The notes: generated from the sequence alone by a model not told the origin. A stretch of 7,392 nt of DNA from Candidatus Wukongarchaeum yapensis (GCA_016840425.1 JAEOSI010000114.1:1-7392); one strand, 5' to 3'. Positions 1 through 6,440 are shown, counted from the stretch's first letter. Numbers and translations are program-made.

Positions 1-701
1 TCGAACTCTTCTTTTGAAGTGTTCGACTTTGTTTCGATGTCTTTTATGTTATTTCGTGACCGTTTTCTTGTTGGCGGTTTGTAGGATTTCAATGCTTTTT
101 CTATTTCGGGTATTAGGGGGTTTGTGTCGCCTAAACTGTTGTCTATGAGGATGAGTTTTTGGTTTAGATGGTCGTATGTGAGAACTGTTGTTTGCATAGC
201 TTGTATAGCGTCTGGTGTTTCATGATTTGGGCGGTATCCTACCCATGGAGCAACTATATCGTAGCCTAAGTAGCCGAGGTAACCGCCGAAAAAGACTTGT
301 CTTGGGAAAAATTCTGGTCTTTGTGTGTTGGATTTCGGGAAATATTTTTCAAGGAGGTCTAAGGCTTTTATATCGTATTTTACGCGGTCATCAACCCTAT
401 CCTTCACCTTTACTTGGTTATTTTTTGTTTCTTTTGTGGCTTCTATGTGTTGGAGGATCTTCTCTCCCCTTGCAGTTGTCATGTTTGTGATCTTTACTTG
501 AGTGTTTTTAATTTTGAGAAGATAGTCTGGTTCAAAGCAAATAAAGGAGTATTGGGGTTTTCTTGTTTCTTCGTGTACAGACTCTAGGAGGAAGGAACAG
601 CTTGGTTCAAGTTTTTCGACCAAGTGTTTGTATAGGTAGAAAGCTTCATAACCCCCGCCTAAGAGAGTTGCATTTTGTTGAAATTTTAAGGATTGCTTCA
701 T
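1..701 (-). CDS. trpE: Anthranilate synthase component I, N-terminal part (runs off the left edge of the window)
   Basis: Not in the ORF track; translated by hand. ATG at 701-699 lies 1 nt after the trpA stop, with GGAGG upstream inside the trpA end, and the frame is open to base 1: MKQSLKFQQNATLLGGGYEAFYLYKHLVEKLEPSCSFLLESVHEETRKPQYSFICFEPD...FFGGYLGYLGYDIVAPW...PDAIQAMQTTVLTYDHLNQKL...SNTSKEEFE. The LLES, YSFI, GGYLGYLGYD, YDH and SNxxKEEF motifs are typical of TrpE, and the operon context fits. Confidence 0.93.
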   Translation of the reverse strand, partial: MKQSLKFQQNATLLGGGYEAFYLYKHLVEKLEPSCSFLLESVHEETRKPQYSFICFEPDYLLKIKNTQVKITNMTTARGEKILQHIEATKETKNNQVKVKDRVDDRVKYDIKALDLLEKYFPKSNTQRPEFFPRQVFFGGYLGYLGYDIVAPWVGYRPNHETPDAIQAMQTTVLTYDHLNQKLILIDNSLGDTNPLIPEIEKALKSYKPPTRKRSRNNIKDIETKSNTSKEEF

Positions 702-702
702 T

Positions 703-1521
703 TTATTTCGTCGCCTCCTTCATTTCAGCAGCGTAAAGTTTTACTTTTTCAAGGACACCGTTTTTAAGTTCTCCATATTTTGAAATGATATCTACTATTG
801 CGGATCCTACGATAACGCCATCTGCTCCCGCCCTTACCACCTCTAAAACATGTTCAGGTTTTGATATTCCAAACCCAACACAACAGGGAACCGTGCCTTT
901 TGCGCGTTTTGTGATTCTTTTAATCGTTTTTTTAGTGATTTCTTGGAGGGATTTCCGGGCGCCAGTTGTGCCGTATAAGCTGACCACGTAGAGAAAACCG
1001 TCCGCCTTTTCAAGCACTATGTTTAGCCTGCGGTCGGAAGTTGAGGGAGCCACTATGAAGATAAGGTTGATGTTTTTGCTTTTTGCAGCTTTGAAGGCGG
1101 GTTCTGCTTCTTCTACTGGTAGATCTGCAATGATTACCCCGTCAACGCCTGAGAGAGAGCAGTCTTTAAAGAAATTTTTAACCCCTCTCTGAAGGACGAT
1201 GTTATAGTAAGTTAAGAATACAAGCGGGGTTTTTCCAGCAATTTTACGGATTTTTTTTGCAAGTTCGAAGGCTTTATCTGTGTTCATTCCTTGTGAAAGG
1301 GCTCTGGTAGTGGAGGCTTGGATGGTTGGACCATCTGCTACCGGGTCGCTGAAAGGTATTCCAAGCTCGATGATGTCTGCTCCTCCTTCGATGAGTGCTT
1401 TTGCTATTTTAACTGAGAATGAGGGAGCCGGGTCTCCGAGGGTGATGAAAGGTATGAAGGCGGCCTCATTCTTCTCTTTTAAGGCTTCAAATGTTTGTTT
1501 TATTCTTTCAACCATGGTCAT
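703..1521 (-). CDS. trpA: Tryptophan synthase alpha subunit
   Basis: Motifs IIELGIPFSDPVADGPTIQ (catalytic Glu/Asp), GVIIADLPVEE, GTTGAR, VGFGIS, GADGVIVGSAIV. Start moved from 1560 to ATG 1521: it sits 1 nt after the trpB stop with GAGGAG 10 nt upstream. ATG 1515 is an alternative. Confidence 0.97.
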   Translation of the reverse strand: MTMVERIKQTFEALKEKNEAAFIPFITLGDPAPSFSVKIAKALIEGGADIIELGIPFSDPVADGPTIQASTTRALSQGMNTDKAFELAKKIRKIAGKTPLVFLTYYNIVLQRGVKNFFKDCSLSGVDGVIIADLPVEEAEPAFKAAKSKNINLIFIVAPSTSDRRLNIVLEKADGFLYVVSLYGTTGARKSLQEITKKTIKRITKRAKGTVPCCVGFGISKPEHVLEVVRAGADGVIVGSAIVDIISKYGELKNGVLEKVKLYAAEMKEATK

Positions 1522-1522
1522 G

Positions 1523-2803
1523 TTATACACGCTCCTCGATGTCGAAATATTCTCGGACAATGTCTAGGTCTTTTGCCCCTGACCCGGAGAGAGTGATTAC
1601 TATTATGTCGTCTTGGTCAAATTTTTCCGCGATTTTTCTTGCATAAGCTATGGCATGAGAAGGTTCCAAAGCAGGAATTATTCCCTCCAACTTACAAACA
1701 AGTTTGAAGGCTTCTAGAGCTTCATCGTCTGTAGCTGTCTCTACTCTCAAGCGATGTATTTGTTTTAGGAAGGTGTGTTCTGGTCCAACCCCTGGGTAAT
1801 CAAGACCTGCACTAACGGAATGAGAATGTGAGATTTGCCCATATTTATCTTGGAGGAGAAGGGTGTAAGCTCCATGTAAGACTCCTTCGGTACCTGCTTT
1901 TAGTGAGGCTGAGTGGAGACCTGTGCTTAAACCTTTCCCACCTGCTTCTACGCCTATCAGCTCTACTTCTTCATCTTTAATGAAGTCATAGAAGGTCCCT
2001 ATAGCGTTACTTCCACCCCCAATACAAGCAAACAAGGCTGAGGGAAACCTTCCCTCTTTTTTAAGTATTTGTTCTTTTATTTCACGTCCAATAACCCTTT
2101 GAAACTCCCTTACAATGAGGGGGTAAGGATGGGGACCCACTACTGATCCTATGAGGTAGTAAGTGGTTTCAAGGTTGGTTATCCAGTCCCGTAAAGCTTC
2201 ATTTATTGCATCCTTCAAAGTTTTTGATCCGGAATATACTGGACAGACTTCTGCTCCGAGCAAACGCATCCTGTAGACGTTATGTTTTTGGCGTTTTACG
2301 TCTTCTAAACCCATATATATTTTTGTTTTGAAGCCGAATTTAGCGCCAACTATTGCTGTTGCAAACCCGTGTTGCCCTGCCCCAGTTTCAGCTATCAGCC
2401 GTGTTTTCCCCATGCTCCTTGCTAATAGGGCTTGACCTATAGTGTTGTTTAGTTTATGAGCGCCTCCATGAAGCAAATCTTCCCGTTTTAAATAGACTTT
2501 ACACCCAAATTCTTCGCTAAGCCTTTCAGCAAGATACAGGGGTGTTGGTCTCCCTGCAAAATCCCTCAAATGATAAGCTAACTCTTCTTGAAATTTTGGA
2601 GTCAGGTAGATCTTTTTGAAAGCTTCTTCCAGCTCTTCTAGCGCAGGCATAAGTATTTCTGGTACAAAACGTCCTCCAAACTCCCCAAACCTGCCCCTAA
2701 TATCGGGACAAGGATAGCTTAAATCAACCCCTGTCAGTTCTTCTTTTTTACCTTCATCAACACATGAAAAATTTTCATTGCTGTTCCTATTCTTATTTAC
2801 CAT
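1523..2803 (-). CDS. trpB: Tryptophan synthase beta subunit (TrpB1 type)
   Basis: [28 protein letters not shown] (PLP lysine), [37 protein letters not shown]. Strong RBS GGAGTGA 6 nt before the ATG. Confidence 0.98.
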   Translation of the reverse strand: MVNKNRNSNENFSCVDEGKKEELTGVDLSYPCPDIRGRFGEFGGRFVPEILMPALEELEEAFKKIYLTPKFQEELAYHLRDFAGRPTPLYLAERLSEEFGCKVYLKREDLLHGGAHKLNNTIGQALLARSMGKTRLIAETGAGQHGFATAIVGAKFGFKTKIYMGLEDVKRQKHNVYRMRLLGAEVCPVYSGSKTLKDAINEALRDWITNLETTYYLIGSVVGPHPYPLIVREFQRVIGREIKEQILKKEGRFPSALFACIGGGSNAIGTFYDFIKDEEVELIGVEAGGKGLSTGLHSASLKAGTEGVLHGAYTLLLQDKYGQISHSHSVSAGLDYPGVGPEHTFLKQIHRLRVETATDDEALEAFKLVCKLEGIIPALEPSHAIAYARKIAEKFDQDDIIVITLSGSGAKDLDIVREYFDIEERV

Positions 2804-2809
2804 GTTTTT

Positions 2810-3529
2810 TCACTCCTTTGCACTGTTTAGTTTAGCGTTTTTTACAAACTGTTTAATCAAGACTTCATCTTTGATTCCTGGCGCAGTCTCAACTCCTGAG
2901 GAGACATCAACAGCATAAGGTCTAACCTCCTTAACCGCTTGCCCAACATTTTGCGGGTTTAAGCCTCCTGCTAAAACTATGTGATTTCCTGTTTGGGAAA
3001 GCGTTTCACGGATAATCTTGCAAATTTTAAAGTTGTTTTCCACCCCTAAACCGCCAGAAAGTCCCCTTATTCCAGAATCGAGGAGGAGGAGGTCGCAATA
3101 TTTTGAGATTTTTAACGCTTCGCTTACATAAGTTTCTATCATGTTTTTATTAGGAGATAAGATGATGTCAATGGCTAGGGTAGCTATCAGTTTTGCTGAA
3201 ATCTCCCCCCTTAGCTTGTCTAACATTTCTAAAGAGTAGTTGCCGTGAATTTGAACAGCGGAAGGCTTTATTCTTTTGTCTACCTCAAAAACTTCCCTCT
3301 CTGAAGGGGGAACCATGACGACTACCGTGCTCTTGAAGGGGGGAACCCTTGAAAGCAATTCTTTTGCACGGTTTAACGGAACATTCCTTGGAGATCTTGG
3401 TACCCCTACAACACAACCAACCGCGTCTGCGCCAGAAATTATCACTGAATAAACATCCTTACTACGGGTTAGACCACAAATCTTAACCCGAGGAGGAGCA
3501 GAAGAAGAGGAAAAAAGTTGTCCCTTCAT
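2810..3529 (-). CDS. trpF: Phosphoribosylanthranilate isomerase
   Basis: VKICGLT, GADAVG, SPRNV, VQIHG, LLLDS, LAGGLNPQNV, PYAVDVSSGVE, PGIKD. ATGA overlap with the trpC stop. Confidence 0.96.
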   Translation of the reverse strand: MKGQLFSSSSAPPRVKICGLTRSKDVYSVIISGADAVGCVVGVPRSPRNVPLNRAKELLSRVPPFKSTVVVMVPPSEREVFEVDKRIKPSAVQIHGNYSLEMLDKLRGEISAKLIATLAIDIILSPNKNMIETYVSEALKISKYCDLLLLDSGIRGLSGGLGVENNFKICKIIRETLSQTGNHIVLAGGLNPQNVGQAVKEVRPYAVDVSSGVETAPGIKDEVLIKQFVKNAKLNSAKE

Positions 3530-4341
3530 CTTTTTCCCGCCTCCCGAAGCTCTTTAACCTTCTCCTTTGGAGAACTTGCCTCCATAATAGCTGAACCTAC
3601 TAACACAGCGTCAACTTCATGTTTTTTCAAGCGAATAACGTCTTTCCCTGAGGAGATGCCGCTTTCACTTACAATCAACACCTCCGAACCAAAAAGTTCA
3701 CGCACAAAGGACGCCAACTTCTCAGTAACACTAAGATCTGTTCGCAAAGTCCTGAGATCTCTGTTATTGATGCCAATTATTCGGGGTAAAACTCCTGCCT
3801 CTAGTATCTTTTCAAGGTCTTTTTCATCATGGACTTCAACTAAAGCCTCAATTCCGTAATCTGCGCTTAACTGTATTAACTCTGCTAGGGAGGCTGGTTT
3901 GTGGATTGTAGCGATTAAAAGTATCGCGTCAGCTCCTGCTTTTAAAGCTGCAAACACCTGTTTTCTATACAAAAAGAAATCTTTTGCAAGGACAGGTGTT
4001 TGGACAACATCTTTAACCGCCTTTAAAAGGGAAAGAGATCCGCCAAAATGTGAAGGTTCTGTAAGCACGCTAATACCCACGGCTCCCCCCTCAACTAATC
4101 GATGCGCCAAGCTTCCTCCATCCTTCACCTTTCGGAGCGCACCTTTGGAGGGGGATTTAGGCTTTATTTCCGCGATGATTGACACGCCTTTCTCGCTGCG
4201 AATAGCCTGATATAAGCTCTTTCTATGACCTGTGAGGTGTTTCTCTGACACGGCTTCAAATTCCAGATCTAGATGTTTGCTTTTTATCCTGTGTTTTACG
4301 TCTTCTAAAATCGTGTTTAAAACGTTGTTGGGCTGTTTCAA
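3526..4341 (-). CDS. trpC: Indole-3-glycerol phosphate synthase
   Basis: IIAEIKPKSPSKG, SVLTEPSHFGGS, KDF, GADAILLI, LVEVHD, GINNRDL, SESGI, VLVGSAIM. TTG start overlaps the trpD TGA (TTGA), with GGAGG 7 nt upstream. Confidence 0.96.
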   Translation of the reverse strand: MKQPNNVLNTILEDVKHRIKSKHLDLEFEAVSEKHLTGHRKSLYQAIRSEKGVSIIAEIKPKSPSKGALRKVKDGGSLAHRLVEGGAVGISVLTEPSHFGGSLSLLKAVKDVVQTPVLAKDFFLYRKQVFAALKAGADAILLIATIHKPASLAELIQLSADYGIEALVEVHDEKDLEKILEAGVLPRIIGINNRDLRTLRTDLSVTEKLASFVRELFGSEVLIVSESGISSGKDVIRLKKHEVDAVLVGSAIMEASSPKEKVKELREAGKR

Positions 4342-5426
4342 AGCTTTTCCTCCAATCTTTCAAGTTTTTCGATGTCTCCTCCCGATTCAATTATGAGTCG
4401 TCGAAGTTTCTCAAAGGCAGCACCGCTTTCCAACGACTCTTTCGCGATCTGAACCCCTTCAACGAAATCTTTAGCTTTTCCTGCAGCAGAAAGAGCGGCA
4501 GCAGCATTAGCCAGAACTATGTCTTCTTTTCGAGGTTCAAGCCCTTTAAGGATGCGAACAGCAACCAAAGCACTCTCAGAAACATCTTGACCCAATATAT
4601 CCTCCAAAACCCCATCTTTTAAGCCGAAATCTTTCGCTGAAACCTCATAGGTTCGAACAACGCCATCGTCAACCTCAGAAACCTTTGTGGCGCCTACGGT
4701 CGAGATCTCATCAAGGCCTATCAAACCATGAACAACATAACCAAAATTCACTCCAAGCCCTAAAAGAACCTTTGCAAGTTTTTCCGTTAATCCCAGATCA
4801 TAAACCCCAACAACTTGGGCTTTTGCCCCTGCAGGATTGGTCAAAGGTCCGAGGACATTGAAAACGGTGCGAATCCCGATCTCTCTTCGTGGTCCTATCA
4901 CATGCTTCATAGCAGGGTGAAATACGGGGGCAAACATGAAACCAATACCCGCCCGTTCAATACATTTATCTACAGTTTCAGGGCTTGCCGTTATGTTCAC
5001 CCCTAAAGCTTCAAGGAGGTCAGCGCTACCGCATTTACTTGTCACAGACCGATTGCCATGTTTCGCTACCGGAACACCTGTACCCGCAACAACGAGCGCT
5101 GAAATTGTCGACACATTAAACGTTTTCACGCTATCTCCACCAGTGCCACAAGTGTCCACAAGAACCCCCCTCACTCGGGGAGATATCCTGTGACAAAATT
5201 CCCGCATGACCCTAGCCATCGAAACAATCTCAGTAACAGTTTCACCCTTTAACCTCAAAGCCGTCAAGAAAGCTGCAATCTGAGCAGGACTAGCCGTATT
5301 CTCCATGATTAATCGCATAGCTCCAGCTGCACAATCCTCAGAAAGAGTTTCCCCTTCAACCACTAACCTTATTAAATGCCTAATATCTTGCGCCGAATTC
5401 TCACAAACAGAATCTAAAACCACCAT
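4338..5426 (-). CDS. trpD: Anthranilate phosphoribosyltransferase
   Basis: AQIAAFLTALRLKGET, DTCGTGGD, NVST, AKHGNRSVTSKCGSADLLEALG, FMFAPVFHPAMK, RTVFNVLGPLTNP, VVHG..GLDEIS. Start moved from TTG 5447 to ATG 5426, which has a GGTGTG RBS just upstream. Confidence 0.97.
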   Translation of the reverse strand: MVVLDSVCENSAQDIRHLIRLVVEGETLSEDCAAGAMRLIMENTASPAQIAAFLTALRLKGETVTEIVSMARVMREFCHRISPRVRGVLVDTCGTGGDSVKTFNVSTISALVVAGTGVPVAKHGNRSVTSKCGSADLLEALGVNITASPETVDKCIERAGIGFMFAPVFHPAMKHVIGPRREIGIRTVFNVLGPLTNPAGAKAQVVGVYDLGLTEKLAKVLLGLGVNFGYVVHGLIGLDEISTVGATKVSEVDDGVVRTYEVSAKDFGLKDGVLEDILGQDVSESALVAVRILKGLEPRKEDIVLANAAAALSAAGKAKDFVEGVQIAKESLESGAAFEKLRRLIIESGGDIEKLERLEEKL

Positions 5427-5449
5427 AAAAACACACCACACAAACAATC

Positions 5450-5523
5450 GTTAAAAATATGAAAATGAGCAAAAGAAAAGGAAAAACCTAGAACACTAAA
5501 AAGGTGGAGTTTTTATATCCACC
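5450..5523 (-). terminator. Putative attenuator/terminator: GGUGGA-9nt-UCCACC hairpin followed by U5 and a U-rich tract
   Basis: Minus strand reads GGTGGA TATAAAAAC TCCACC TTTTT (arms 5523-5518 and 5508-5503). U4-5 tracts lie at 5502-5498, 5486-5482, 5479-5476, 5474-5471, 5465-5462 and 5457-5453, all between the leader ORF and trpD. Confidence 0.55.
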
Positions 5524-5689
5524 ACCAAGAACGCCACAAAAAGAGAGAGGAAGATAGATAAAAACCGCTAGAATAAAGGCAATACTCACTAAGAGAGGTA
5601 GGTTTTGGAATTAGATCCTCCTCTCCCTGCTTTGAAAGAATTTTAAAAGAAAGTAGGAAGACATGTGGAGGTATCGCTAAGGAATTCAT
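5513..5689 (-). CDS. Putative trp operon leader peptide (trpL-like), 58 aa, ending LWRSWWWI
   Basis: ATG 5689 to TAA 5515-5513: MNSLAIPPHVFLLSFKILSKQGEEDLIPKPTSLSEYCLYSSGFYLSSSLFLWRSWWWI*. Four TGG codons among the last seven sense codons, three in tandem, ending 86 nt upstream of the trpD ATG. The true start is uncertain (ATG 5689; ATT 5611 after GGAGG; TTG 5539). Confidence 0.7.
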   Translation of the reverse strand: MNSLAIPPHVFLLSFKILSKQGEEDLIPKPTSLSEYCLYSSGFYLSSSLFLWRSWWWI

Positions 5690-5709
5690 GACAAAGAATC
5701 CGTTAGAAG

Positions 5710-5739
5710 TTATTTCCAGTCCAAACGATACACTTCCAT
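5710..5739 (-). other. Short upstream ORF MEVYRLDWK* with one Trp codon
   Basis: ATG GAA GTG TAT CGT TTG GAC TGG AAA TAA. First ATG downstream of the TATA box at 5782-5775. A short ORF like this can arise by chance. Confidence 0.35.
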
Positions 5740-5774
5740 CTTTTCTATCCTGTCTTTTGGATAAATTTTGAAGG

Positions 5775-5790
5775 TATTTAAATTTTACTA
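5775..5790 (-). promoter_or_regulatory. Putative archaeal promoter (BRE-like + TATA box) of the trp operon
   Basis: TTTAAATA at 5782-5775 on the minus strand, preceded by A-rich GTAAAA. It would place the transcription start near 5750, a short distance upstream of the first uORF. Confidence 0.5.
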
Positions 5791-5816
5791 ACCATAAATA
5801 TTGGTAAGTAATGGTT
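5785..5816. promoter_or_regulatory. Palindromic operator-like site abutting the trp promoter
   Basis: TTACTAACCA-N7-TGGTAAGTAA (5785-5811, 9 of 10 positions complementary), plus a further TGGT core 10 bp along (5812-5815). Confidence 0.45.
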
Positions 5817-6148
5817 GGAAGAAGCTGAAGAATGAAAAGCTAAAAACATTTCTTCCAAAGAAAATAGATGCACGTAAGGTTGAAGGAGAGACGCCATTTA
5901 CTTCCATTTTGACCTTGGATGAAGTTGTTTAAAATTGTAAGAAAAATAGAGGAATTGGAAAAAAGTATATGAGTTAGAAAACATATTGAAATTTCCGTTA
6001 AAATCCATTCCTGTTAATCACAAAATTAAGTCTTCGCTTTTGTTTTTTTGTTATTAGGGACTTCATGTTTTCTTTTTTGTTTTTTTTATTTTGAAAAGGG
6101 GGAGTGTGAATATTATTGTTTAGGATGTTATGTAAAACTCACCTTTTG

Positions 6149-6197
6149 TTATAAATATCTGGATTTAAAGATTTGCTGTCTTGTTTTATAAGGAGGT
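6149..6197 (+). promoter_or_regulatory. Putative TATA box and RBS of the RHH gene
   Basis: TTATAAATA at 6149-6157; AAGGAGGT at 6190-6197, 6 nt before ATG 6204. Confidence 0.45.
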
Positions 6198-6203
6198 TTT
6201 TTT

Positions 6204-6413
6204 ATGCAGTTGGTTACTGTTCATTTACCGGCAGAATTTATTGAAGGATTGGATTATTTGGTTCGAATAGAGAGGTATCCTAACCGTTCAGAAGCGATAA
6301 GGAACGCTGTTCGCGATCTACTAAAAGAAGAGTTATGGTCTCAACAACGTGTTATTAAAGAAAAAGAAAGAACAAGGCCCCAAATACCTTTAATAGAAGA
6401 AGAAAAAATTTGA
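6204..6413 (+). CDS. Ribbon-helix-helix (CopG/Arc/MetJ fold) transcriptional regulator, archaeal CdrS-like
   Basis: Alternating beta-strand LVTVHLP, helix AEFIEGLDYLV, then YPNRSEAIRNAVRDLL, the typical archaeal RHH pattern. Strong RBS. Confidence 0.9.
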   Translation: MQLVTVHLPAEFIEGLDYLVRIERYPNRSEAIRNAVRDLLKEELWSQQRVIKEKERTRPQIPLIEEEKI

Positions 6414-6440
6414 AACTGAAAGAAAAGAATCAAAAACCTC

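Noticed and set aside
215-490. Plus-strand 91-aa ORF
   Set aside because: Antisense shadow of trpE, which has clear family motifs on the minus strand.
574-579. TGTACA (TrpY TRP box hexamer)
   Set aside because: Single copy inside trpE coding sequence, not at the promoter; expected by chance.
1522-1560. Longer trpA start at TTG 1560
   Set aside because: It would overlap trpB by 38 nt; ATG 1521 has an RBS and the same stop-1nt-ATG spacing as trpA/trpE.
785-1567. Plus-strand ORFs 785-991 and 1280-1567
   Set aside because: Antisense to trpA/trpB, with no recognisable motifs or RBS.
2764-2778. Palindrome ATGAAAA-A-TTTTCAT near the trpB start
   Set aside because: Short, AT-rich, within coding sequence; no supporting promoter or repeat elsewhere.
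3518-5193. Plus-strand ORFs 3518-3859, 3899-4210, 4815-5006 and 4936-5193
   Set aside because: Antisense shadows of trpC and trpD.
5427-5447. Longer trpD start at TTG 5447 (MFVWCVF...), including an in-frame Trp codon
   Set aside because: The extra codons are the GGTGTG RBS of ATG 5426; the TGG is a by-product of the RBS sequence.
5488-5589. Alternative-frame 33-aa hydrophobic ORF (GTG 5589, MSIAFILAVFIYLPL...) in the leader
   Set aside because: Hydrophobicity follows from the T-rich strand; the overlapping frame with the Trp cluster explains the region far better.
5430-5750. T-box riboswitch or TRAP-binding (G/U)AG repeat array in the trp leader
   Set aside because: No UGGNACC T-box antiterminator bulge, and only a few irregularly spaced NAG triplets rather than about 11 regularly spaced ones.
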